A DNA stretch of 32,000 nt from Candidatus Methylomirabilis oxygeniifera (GTDB lineage Bacteria; Methylomirabilota; Methylomirabilia; Methylomirabilales; Methylomirabilaceae): contig FP565575.1 of assembly GCA_000091165.1 (NCBI GenBank), positions 180,001 through 212,000 of the forward strand, read 5' to 3'. The notes below the pieces were generated by a model. It ran no database searches, was not told the origin of the DNA, and saw only the letters and a program-made list of their open reading frames with translations. Shown piece after piece: positions 19,407 to 27,500 of the stretch. A program made the translations under genes and the position numbers. Every line of letters begins with the position of its first letter. The stretch's first letter is position 1.

Positions 19407-20729
19407 TTACGCCTTAATGACCTTGTCTGGGGGGAATCCCTTGAAGGCGTTTCGCGTATCCACAATGAGCCGGGCGTGGCGACCGATCAACTCAAGGTCA
19501 AATGCCGAGTGGTGTGTTGCCAGGATGACCAGATCCTGCGCCTGGAGGGTCTCAGCCGTCAGGGGGATGGCGGTCAGATCGAGATCAGGATAGTGACGAT
19601 GACCGTAGCACCGTGGGACGTGGGGATCTGAGTAATTCACCTGAGCGCCCTGTTGCCGAAGCAACGTCAGGATCTCCAGGGCGGGGCTCTCTCGTTGATC
19701 ATCAATATTCGGCTTGTATGCCACCCCCAGGACCAGAACCTTGGCGCCGTTCAGCGACTTGCCTCTCTTGTTCAGCGCTTCCACAACCTTTCCCACCACC
19801 CAGGTAGGCATAGCGTGATTGATCTCGCCGGCCAGCTCGATAAAGCGGGTGGCCATGCCGTACTCGCGGGCCTTCCAGGTCAGATAGAAGGGATCGATGG
19901 GGATACAGTGCCCGCCAAGGCCCGGTCCGGGATAGAAGGCCTGAAAGCCAAAGGGCTTCGTCGCTGCGGCGGCGATCACTTCCCAGATGTCGATCCCCAT
20001 GCGGTCCGAGAGCATCTTCAGCTCATTCACCAACGCGATGTTGACTGCCCGGTAGATATTCTCCAGAAGCTTGGTCATTTCGGCCGCCTTGGGCGAGGTG
20101 ACCCGGACCACCGTGGGCACAATCGTGGTGTAGAGCGCCTCTCCCAGTTCGCCGCAGGCGTCCGATACCCCGCCGAGAACCTTGGGCATGGTGGCCAACC
20201 CGAACTGCGTATTGCCCGGATCCTCACGCTCCGGTGAGAAGACCAGAAAGAAATCCTCCCCCGCCTTCAGTCCTCTCGCCTCAAAGCGCGGCAGGAGAAG
20301 CTCCTCAGTAGTGCCCGGGTAGGTGGTGCTCTCCAGACAGATGAGCTGACCGACCCGCAGGGTTTGGGCAATGGCGTCCGCCGTCTGCGTGACGTACCGA
20401 AGGTCAGGATTTCGATGACGCGTCAACGGCGTCGGGACACAGATGACCAGCGCGTCGGCCTCCCCAAGGCGGGTGAAGTCAGAGGTGGCTTCAAACCGGC
20501 TCGACCTGGACAGGGAGGCGATCCGATCTGCCGGGAGATGCCGGATATAGCTCTCGCCGGCGGCAAGCCGTTTGACCTTGTGGGGGTCGATGTCGAACCC
20601 CAGCACCCGGAAACCGACCTCCCCAAAGCGCACGACGGCGGGCAGCCCGACATAGCCCAGGCCGATGACGCCCACCGTATAGTTTCGCCGCGCGATGCGA
20701 TCCTTCAGATGCGGGATGCGCGATGTCAT
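19407..20729 (-). CDS. Nucleotide-sugar dehydrogenase (UDP-GlcNAc / UDP-ManNAc 6-dehydrogenase type, UDP-glucose/GDP-mannose dehydrogenase family)
   Basis: Rossmann motif VGVIGLGYVGLP. ESTTYPGTTEE. FSPEREDPGN. Catalytic-Cys region GLGGHCIPIDP. C-terminal VLVLGVAYKPNIDDQRESPA. Confidence 0.9.
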   Translation of the reverse strand: MTSRIPHLKDRIARRNYTVGVIGLGYVGLPAVVRFGEVGFRVLGFDIDPHKVKRLAAGESYIRHLPADRIASLSRSSRFEATSDFTRLGEADALVICVPTPLTRHRNPDLRYVTQTADAIAQTLRVGQLICLESTTYPGTTEELLLPRFEARGLKAGEDFFLVFSPEREDPGNTQFGLATMPKVLGGVSDACGELGEALYTTIVPTVVRVTSPKAAEMTKLLENIYRAVNIALVNELKMLSDRMGIDIWEVIAAAATKPFGFQAFYPGPGLGGHCIPIDPFYLTWKAREYGMATRFIELAGEINHAMPTWVVGKVVEALNKRGKSLNGAKVLVLGVAYKPNIDDQRESPALEILTLLRQQGAQVNYSDPHVPRCYGHRHYPDLDLTAIPLTAETLQAQDLVILATHHSAFDLELIGRHARLIVDTRNAFKGFPPDKVIKA

Positions 20730-21088
20730 CGTGTGTCCTTTCCCCTTACGACACGACGGCGATTGCCGGCGCCGTGAAGGCTGAACGACCGCGTCACACG
20801 TGTCCTGAGTATTCCCGACAGAAAATCATCGCAATCAGAGTAGCACCCCGACAATGAGGTCGGCAATGGCGAAGATGCTGTCGGCGACATCAACGAAGTG
20901 TGCGACATATCGATCGACCGGTTCGGCGAAAAATGCTACCACTGGTGATTGCGATCAGGATATACTCACCAGCGAGCCGCATCTCGCGCAGGCGGAGGCC
21001 TGTCCTTGATGCTTCATTCGTGTATCATGTGGGGAAAACCGGCAATATTGCCAATGGCAGGGGTAACCTGGGGAGAGGAGGAAGGGTG

Positions 21089-21649
21089 ATGACTGTTCGA
21101 CTGAAACTCGATGGCGTCATTGGACTCGTGCTGCTGATCGTGATGACCTCGATGGTTGTGGCCGCCCCGGTGTTCGCGAAAGACATGCCCGCATGGAAGG
21201 GCAGCGGGGGGACGCGACCCGTTGACAAGAACGGGTCACCTCGCAGCCAGTCGAAGACATCAAGCTTCTTTCTTGCCCCTGGTGAGGGGGTCATAGGGGG
21301 ATTTACCGCCATACCCATGGGTGACAGCATTGAGGACGCTATACTGGCCGGACGCAATACCTTCTCGACGGCAGAGACGATCGAGTTCGACGGGATTCTG
21401 TTTGATACAGGGATAGCAGGGACCAGCATTGAGTTCTGGGTGTACCTTTTCGATATAAGGGGCCAATTGTTAACCGTTGGGTATTATTTTGATGAAAGCG
21501 CCCCATCGGACAGGACAGCTTTCTATCTTCAAAAGGATGCCGGAACGACTCCGCCGGGTGTGTACAAGTGGCTGATGGAGTTCCATGACACCTTCGGGAA
21601 CTACTTTATCACACCGATCCAAACCTTCGAGGTCGTGGAGGCTTTGTAA
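21089..21649 (+). CDS. Small secreted hypothetical protein (186 aa)
   Basis: I moved the start to ATG 21089 (GGAGAGGAGGAAGGG just upstream; GTG 21086 is also possible). Signal peptide VIGLVLLIVMTSMVVAAPVFA-KD. No recognisable domain and no C-terminal sorting signal. Confidence 0.55.
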   Translation: MTVRLKLDGVIGLVLLIVMTSMVVAAPVFAKDMPAWKGSGGTRPVDKNGSPRSQSKTSSFFLAPGEGVIGGFTAIPMGDSIEDAILAGRNTFSTAETIEFDGILFDTGIAGTSIEFWVYLFDIRGQLLTVGYYFDESAPSDRTAFYLQKDAGTTPPGVYKWLMEFHDTFGNYFITPIQTFEVVEAL

Positions 21650-21683
21650 TCGCCTTCTCGCCCGTGCCGACTCGCGTGCGTCA

Positions 21684-22829
21684 CTATGAAGTGCGGTCGA
21701 TCGCTGCAGCCTCTAACGTGGCGGCCAGCTCCCCCCAGGAAAAGTGCTGCCGTTGTAGGATGTGTCGGCGAAATGTACTCCCTAAGTCTTCCGTGTAGAA
21801 GCGAATAATCGCCTTCGCCAGCGCGGTTGGGTTGCGCGGCTCGACCAGAAGACCGGTTTCGCCGTCACGGACAGCCTCCGGCAGCCCGCCCACGGCAGTG
21901 GCCAGCACCGGTCGCTCGAAGGCAAAGGCAATCGGGACGATGGCGCTCTGTGTTGCTGATTCGTAGGGGAGGACGACTAAATCGGCTGCGGAGAAGTAGA
22001 GGCTGACCTTGCCGGCAGGGACGAACTGATCTATAATTCTGACCCTGGATTGGAGACCGAGTTCAGAAATGAGCTTGAGGCACTGGTCCTTTCCCTCGTA
22101 AAACTCCCCTACCACCAACAGGGTGCATTCCATCTCCTTCAGAACCAGGGGGAGGGCTTGGATGAGGGACGGAAGCCCTTTGTACTGTCGTATGAGACCG
22201 AAAAAGAGAAGAAGGTTGCCTGAAAAGCCAAGGCTGGATTTGGCCTCCTCCCTGTTGAGCGGAGTTCCATATCCTTGGGCGGGGGGCTGGGGGATCAGAT
22301 AGACCGGTCCGTCAAGGCCGAGTTCCGTCAGGCGCTGCCTGTCAGTTTCAGAATGGACGACCCAAGCCTGTCCTTGACTCAGCGCCAGGCGGGTGAGCGC
22401 CGTTGCCGCCGGGAACGGCTCGTGTGGCAAGACGTTGTGACAGATAAACACGACCCGCGTATTGCGGGATCGCCGCCTGACCATGCGAATTGTCGTCCCG
22501 AGGCAGGGGGCAAAGAAGGGATGCCACCAGTGGACAACCACGAGGTCCGGTGTCTCATGACTGATATATCCGGCAACCTGTAACCAGTTGAAGGGGTTGA
22601 TGGAGTCCAACATAGGGATCGGGAGCCGCCGAACCTCATCCTGGCACAGAGGCGCAGGTGGATCCGGATCAAACTGAGTCCGGCCAGGGAAGATGAAAGA
22701 CGGATACTGGCGACAAAAGGAGAGCGGAGTTATCTGATGAGTCTTGCTCAATTCATGACAAAGCTGGGTATTGTAGTGGGCAATCCCGCCCCTGAGGGGG
22801 GGCGCCGGACCGATCACGAATATTTTCAT
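21684..22829 (-). CDS. Glycosyltransferase family 4
   Basis: I moved the start to ATG 22829 (MKIFVIGPAPPLRGGIAHYN). C-terminal SATQSAIVPIAFAFERPVLATAVGGLPEAVRDGETGLLVEPRN. Confidence 0.85.
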   Translation of the reverse strand: MKIFVIGPAPPLRGGIAHYNTQLCHELSKTHQITPLSFCRQYPSFIFPGRTQFDPDPPAPLCQDEVRRLPIPMLDSINPFNWLQVAGYISHETPDLVVVHWWHPFFAPCLGTTIRMVRRRSRNTRVVFICHNVLPHEPFPAATALTRLALSQGQAWVVHSETDRQRLTELGLDGPVYLIPQPPAQGYGTPLNREEAKSSLGFSGNLLLFFGLIRQYKGLPSLIQALPLVLKEMECTLLVVGEFYEGKDQCLKLISELGLQSRVRIIDQFVPAGKVSLYFSAADLVVLPYESATQSAIVPIAFAFERPVLATAVGGLPEAVRDGETGLLVEPRNPTALAKAIIRFYTEDLGSTFRRHILQRQHFSWGELAATLEAAAIDRTS

Positions 22830-22880
22830 GGTACGGGAAGTATACCGCCTCTGCGCAGATCGGGAAAGTGTAAGCGTTTC

Positions 22881-24662
22881 ATGTCGCATCTATTCCCGAC
22901 TGTCATCTTTGCTGTTCTTGCGCTGGTGTGGCACCCTGCCTTCGCTGACGCCCAGGTGTATGTGGCGAATAGCGGCTCCGGGACGGTCTCGGTCCTGAGC
23001 ACCCCGGATCATGCCCTGATCGCCGAGATCCCTGTTGGGGCCCTGCCTTCGCGGATCGCGGTGACACCGGATGGGGCGTTCGTGTATGTCACGAATGAAA
23101 ATAGCGGGACCATGTCGAAGATCAGCGCGGCGAGCAACAGTGCTGTAGCCACGATCTCGGTCGGCGCCCTGCCGAAGGGAGTGGCGATCAGCGCGGACGG
23201 ATTGTCCGTGTTCGTCATCGCAGACAGTATGTTGAAACAGTTTCACGTTGCCACGGATGCACCCGTCAGGGCGTATTCGCTTCCTATCGGGGTGCCGGTT
23301 GATGTGGCTCTATCGCCGGATGGGACGTTCGCCTATGTCGTTGATAAGAATCAGAATATCTGTTCGGTCTACCCCATCAATCTGACGACTGGGGCGGTTA
23401 TAACCAGTACGGAGTGCGCGAACGGGGTGTCGATCGGGGCGATAGGCGGAAGCTACCCAGTGACTCTCGCCATCCGCCCCGATGGGCAGTTTGTCTACGT
23501 CACAACGCCCCAGGATGGGGCCATGCAGGTTGTTCGGCTCTCCGATAATATTCGCGTTGGCGGAGGGTGTGCCATGGGTCCCGGCCCATTAGGCTGTGCT
23601 CTTGGTGGCCCGAACAGCGTGGCAGTATCCGCGGACGGAGGATTCGCCTTCACGGCCAACTCCAACAACAAGACTGTCAGCATCTTCGCCATTGACCAGG
23701 TCAGCGGCCTTCCGGCGGTTCCTGTCCGTGTGGCGCTGCCAACGAAACCCTCCTATCTCGATGTCACCCCGGACGGCACGCGCCTGTATGTAAGCCACGG
23801 GTCCAATTCGGTCTCCGTCATCGACCTGACGTCCAATCCACCCGCGCTGACCGGCACATTGACCGTCGGTAACGGTCCGCTCGGCGTAGCAGTATCGCCG
23901 CTCGCCTCCGGCGGGGGCGGGGGCGGGGGCGACCCCCAGACCCTCTCGGTAACTCCCGCCAGCCTTACCTTTACCGGAGAGCAGGGCCTCGGCGATCCGG
24001 CCGCGCAAGCGGTCCAGGTGGGCGCCAGTGGAATGACGGCCCTATCATGGAGTCTGGCCGCAACCGGACAGGACCCTGGCGCCGGATCCTGGCTGAAGGC
24101 CGATCTGCTCGCAGGCACAGCCCCTCCGACCGGTTCCGTACAGATCTCGGCGGGTACCTGCGGGCTTGCAGCCGGAACCTATCTTGGAACGATCAGCGTA
24201 GCCTCGGGCCAGGCAAGCAACAGCCCGCAGTCGATCCCGGTCTCGCTGACCGTGGCCGCACCGGCCGGACTGTTGGCTGCGCCCTCGGTGAGGGTCTGCG
24301 CCGATCGCCAGACCTATCAACCCGGGCAGGCGCTGGAAATCAGGGTCTCGCTGCGTCAAGGGGTGTCGTCCAATTCTGGAGATGCCTATCTCTTTGCCGG
24401 TATTCCTGGTGACGTAAACTTTGTGTCGCTGGTGTGGTCTGAGCAGGGGATAGGCGTGAATTACGGCCCGGCGCCGGTTCCGTTCGGAACGAATTTTCAA
24501 GTAGCCGATTTCTCCGGGTTGATCTTTGAGCGGGTATTTGACGCCTCCGATCCGCAGGGGACCTATGACCTCCAGGCGATCCTGGCTGTGGCGGGCAGCG
24601 ATCCGACAATAGAAGCGAATCGACTGGCTGCCTCAACGATCAATTTCAGCGTGACGCCGTAA
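22881..24662 (+). CDS. Secreted YVTN-family beta-propeller protein with poly-Gly linker and C-terminal BACON/Ig-like domains
   Basis: I moved the start to ATG 22881, giving the signal peptide VIFAVLALVWHPAFA-DA. About seven repeats of the form (V/F)YV(A/T)N..S.TVSV(I/L). G7 linker. LSVTPASLTFTGEQG...YLGTISVASG resembles a BACON domain. Confidence 0.8.
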   Translation: MSHLFPTVIFAVLALVWHPAFADAQVYVANSGSGTVSVLSTPDHALIAEIPVGALPSRIAVTPDGAFVYVTNENSGTMSKISAASNSAVATISVGALPKGVAISADGLSVFVIADSMLKQFHVATDAPVRAYSLPIGVPVDVALSPDGTFAYVVDKNQNICSVYPINLTTGAVITSTECANGVSIGAIGGSYPVTLAIRPDGQFVYVTTPQDGAMQVVRLSDNIRVGGGCAMGPGPLGCALGGPNSVAVSADGGFAFTANSNNKTVSIFAIDQVSGLPAVPVRVALPTKPSYLDVTPDGTRLYVSHGSNSVSVIDLTSNPPALTGTLTVGNGPLGVAVSPLASGGGGGGGDPQTLSVTPASLTFTGEQGLGDPAAQAVQVGASGMTALSWSLAATGQDPGAGSWLKADLLAGTAPPTGSVQISAGTCGLAAGTYLGTISVASGQASNSPQSIPVSLTVAAPAGLLAAPSVRVCADRQTYQPGQALEIRVSLRQGVSSNSGDAYLFAGIPGDVNFVSLVWSEQGIGVNYGPAPVPFGTNFQVADFSGLIFERVFDASDPQGTYDLQAILAVAGSDPTIEANRLAASTINFSVTP

Positions 24663-24742
24663 GTGATCTCGTGAATGTGTGCCGTTGGATCATACTTATC
24701 CAACATAAGATTCTTGAAGGACCGGATGTGGACAACATTGTT

Positions 24743-25015
24743 AAAATCTCCCCTCGCCCCTCTTTTCCAAAGAGGGGTATTCACCATATTTCCCCCTTTC
24801 GCAAAGGGGGGGTAAGGGGGGATTTGAACGATCAGAAAAACCCCCTCAATCCCCCTTTGCAAAAGGGGGAGAAGAAGTAGATGTGCAAGCATGTGGTCCC
24901 CCCTTGCCTGCCAAAGGGGGAGAAGAGGTAGCAGGTGGTCCCCCCCTTTGGAAAAGGGGGGCTAGGGGGGTTTTCCCTTTGCTGAAGAGGGAGAAAGGGT
25001 AGGGGGAGGGGATTT
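24743..25015. repeat. Array of at least 6 C5/G5 nested-hairpin (PPFxKGG-type) repeat units, in both orientations
   Basis: Units include TCCCCCTTTCGCAAAGGGGGGGTAAGGGGGGATTT, AAACCCCCTCAATCCCCCTTTGCAAAAGGGGGAGAAGAAGTAGATGTGCAAGC and GGTCCCCCCCTTTGGAAAAGGGGGGCTAGGGGGGTTTT. They fill most of the 512-bp gap between the YVTN and BNR genes. Confidence 0.85.
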
Positions 25016-25174
25016 CCGATTCCTACCTGCTTGTGCGTATCTGTAACGCAGACAGGTTCATTCACGCTAATTCCAGAAGAACCATAATTTATAGCCTTCA
25101 ATATTTAGCCTAAACACCTGAGTCGTGACGAGTCATCGACAATACACAATAACTGAAATGGAGGTAATGCCTAC

Positions 25175-26698
25175 ATGAGGATCCACCGTGGCTGGTGTTG
25201 GCGGCTGATCGCTCTTGCGCTTCTTGGAGGTCTGACCGCTTGCGCCATGATCAGGGAACCATCGCCGGCCCCCTCTGCAGGGACTGTTCGAAGGCCGCGT
25301 CCTGCAACACCCCAGGAGCCGCAGGCGCCGGGTTTCTTTTCGCCGCTGCTGACCTTTGGGGGGGATAATGAACTCTATCTGATGTGGGCGTCGGGCACGC
25401 TGTATAAGAAGCAGAACGATATCCATTTCTCCCGATCCGTAGACGATGGGCTGACATGGGATGCGCACAAATCCCTCAAGGCGGATCCGACGCGTAATAC
25501 AGGGGGAAGACAGATTGTGGCCGATCGGAACGGGAATGTCATGGCCTTCTGGGGGGCCGGGCTGCGGACAGGCAACATCGATGTGGTGGCGGCGCGCTCG
25601 GAAGATCATGGCGCCAATTGGACTCCGCCTCAAGGTCTCTATAAGGGCGAGATCCATGTTCCCAGTCTCATCACCGGACCGAACGGGGAGTATGTCAGCA
25701 TCATTCCGGAGGGCCCGGAATCGAATTGGAGGCTGGTGTTCTTCCGTTCGGTCGATGGCGGAAAGATCTGGGAACAGCTCCCAACACTGAACGGTACACT
25801 CGGGACGGATTCTCAATTCGGGATTCGATCGTCACAGATCGTTGCCGACCGTAATGGCCGGCTCCATGTCGTCTGGCAGGAGCGTGGGCGCGGACAAAGA
25901 GAACGAATCTATTACAACAGGCTCGAGTCGGCGAACGCGCACGGGGCATGGCTGCCTGAGGCCGTTCAATTAAGCGCGGGAGAAGCCGACTCCTCCGGGG
26001 CCTATCGTCCTCAGATCAGTGTCGATGCGGACGGTCATCTCTTCGTGGCGTGGGTGGAGGCATGGGACCCCGGTAACGCCGCTCTTGGTGAGGGACAGCA
26101 CCCGCAGTCGGTCTACTTTACGCGATCGATGGATGGAGGGCGAACCTGGCTCGCACAGCCGATTCGACTGAGTCGAACGGGACCGGAAGCTCTCCGCCAC
26201 GTGGCGACCCACGTTGAGGTAGCCAATGATGGGAAGGGCCGGATCTATGTCGCATGGCGAGAGGAGGTCGGTTTTCCCAGAGTGGAACGGCTGGTCTTCC
26301 AAGGGTCCACGGACTATGGGGCGACGTGGATCTCTGAACCTCGATCCCTGCGTGAGATCAAACCCTTCCCCGCCATCCACGCGCGGTTCCATCTGAAGAG
26401 CGGCGAGAACGGCCGTGTCTACCTTCTCTGGCAGATGGCGGGTTTTGCCTGGGATCTGTTCTTTATGCAATCGACTGATGGGGGGATGACGTGGTCGAAG
26501 GCGCCGATCCGCCTGGCCACCCTGCCGCAGACCGACCCCGGCGCCCATGATGTGGCCTTTGAGACGAGAGGATCACACCTGTATGTGGCCTGGGACATCG
26601 GGCCGAAGCTTCCGAGCGAGATCTTTGTGAATCGTTCAACCGATTTTGGCAGGACATGGCTGACCCGAGAGGTGCAGGTCACCAAGCGAGAACCGTGA
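25175..26698 (+). CDS. BNR/Asp-box repeat beta-propeller lipoprotein (sialidase-fold)
   Basis: GGAGG lies 10 nt upstream. Lipobox LLGGLTA-C. Seven S-x-D-x-G-x-(T/I/N)-W boxes: SVDDGLTW, SEDHGANW, SVDGGKIW, SMDGGRTW, STDYGATW, STDGGMTW, STDFGRTW. Confidence 0.85.
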   Translation: MRIHRGWCWRLIALALLGGLTACAMIREPSPAPSAGTVRRPRPATPQEPQAPGFFSPLLTFGGDNELYLMWASGTLYKKQNDIHFSRSVDDGLTWDAHKSLKADPTRNTGGRQIVADRNGNVMAFWGAGLRTGNIDVVAARSEDHGANWTPPQGLYKGEIHVPSLITGPNGEYVSIIPEGPESNWRLVFFRSVDGGKIWEQLPTLNGTLGTDSQFGIRSSQIVADRNGRLHVVWQERGRGQRERIYYNRLESANAHGAWLPEAVQLSAGEADSSGAYRPQISVDADGHLFVAWVEAWDPGNAALGEGQHPQSVYFTRSMDGGRTWLAQPIRLSRTGPEALRHVATHVEVANDGKGRIYVAWREEVGFPRVERLVFQGSTDYGATWISEPRSLREIKPFPAIHARFHLKSGENGRVYLLWQMAGFAWDLFFMQSTDGGMTWSKAPIRLATLPQTDPGAHDVAFETRGSHLYVAWDIGPKLPSEIFVNRSTDFGRTWLTREVQVTKREP

Positions 26699-27450
26699 AG
26701 GCCGGTCAGACCGATCCGAAAACCCGCCGCCACAAGCCTGCGGCCGCGCTGTCGAACCGAGGATTCCATGATCGCGAGTGGTGGCCGGTTCTTGTCATCG
26801 TCGTAGTGACGGGCATAGTGTATGCCAATGCCTTTCAGAATGAGTTTCTCTTCGATGATCTTCAGACCATTGTGGAACTCCAGCAAGGAGGAGGGAAGGG
26901 GGCCTTCGCCGACGTCGTAGAGCTACTGCGTGGTCGGCCGTCGTATCGACCCGTCAGAACCGCCTCCTATGCGTTCGACTATGCCCTTTCAGGGCTTGAG
27001 CCGTGGGGGTATCATCTGACCAATATCGTCTACCACACGCTGACGGCGGTATTCGTGTACCTGACGGCCAGGTCTGTGTTTGGCCGGGTCCGCCCGGCGC
27101 TCCTGACGGCCCTGCTGTTCGCGATCCACCCCATCCAGACGGATGCTGTAACCTACATGTCCGGCCGCCGCGATGTCCTCTCCGGCCTGTTCGTTCTGGC
27201 CGGTTTCTATCTTTACGTGCGATATCGGACAACAGGCCGTATCTGGTATCTTGCGGCCGTACTTCCGGTATATGTGCTGGGCTTCTTTTCCAAGGAGAGC
27301 GGGATCATCCTGCCGGCCCTCTGCGTGGCGTACGATGTCTTCAGACATCTGACTCGGGAGGAACACCATGAGGCGGAGGCGGCCTACGGCGTACGAAACC
27401 CCCCTAACCCCCCTTTCGCAAAGGGGGGCCACGGGGGGGGATTTGGCTAA
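26695..27450 (+). CDS. N-terminal membrane part of a TMTC-like GT-C glycosyltransferase (fragment; probably one gene with 27501-28631)
   Basis: The likely GTG start at 26695 overlaps the BNR stop (GTGA); the track's ATG at 26656 would overlap by 43 nt. IVYANAFQNEFLFDDLQTIV is the typical TMTC/PMT_2-like opening. The ORF ends inside a repeat, reading ...RNPPNPPFAKGGHGGGFG*. Confidence 0.7.
   Translation: MKAGQTDPKTRRHKPAAALSNRGFHDREWWPVLVIVVVTGIVYANAFQNEFLFDDLQTIVELQQGGGKGAFADVVELLRGRPSYRPVRTASYAFDYALSGLEPWGYHLTNIVYHTLTAVFVYLTARSVFGRVRPALLTALLFAIHPIQTDAVTYMSGRRDVLSGLFVLAGFYLYVRYRTTGRIWYLAAVLPVYVLGFFSKESGIILPALCVAYDVFRHLTREEHHEAEAAYGVRNPPNPPFAKGGHGGGFG
27396..27444. repeat. C5/G5 nested-hairpin repeat inside the GT-C gene, with a G8 homopolymer
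   Basis: AAACCCCCCTAACCCCCCTTTCGCAAAGGGGGGCCACGGGGGGGGATTT: an outer C6/G8 stem and an inner CCCCCCTTT/AAAGGGGGG stem. Confidence 0.85.
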
Positions 27451-27500
27451 TAGACTTTTCTAAGGTATGGACAGGGCAGAAGCCGGCGCCGTTCGGAAAC

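Noticed and set aside
19274-19465. 63-aa minus-strand ORF with a protein-like tail (KIGSLFGTIDYDPAYDYKKQRA)
   Set aside because: Its 5' third overlaps the dehydrogenase C-terminus. The part outside has no ATG/GTG or RBS, only a TTG that would give 37 aa. It is too short to assign, so I kept it only as a possible remnant in the islet finding.
24743-25015. Possible CRISPR array (short G/C-rich palindromic repeats with intervening sequence)
   Set aside because: Unit spacing is irregular and units occur in both orientations. The 'spacers' are themselves conserved and recur at 29766-29848 and 30215-30261. No cas genes or leader are present. It behaves like a REP/MITE-type dispersed repeat.
6463-26698. 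PEP-CTERM or other exosortase sorting signals at the C-termini of the five secreted proteins
   Set aside because: None ends in a short motif followed by a hydrophobic helix and a basic cluster. The endings are ...HLMCCDGL, ...LGRRLGEL, ...TFEVVEAL, ...INFSVTP and ...VTKREP.
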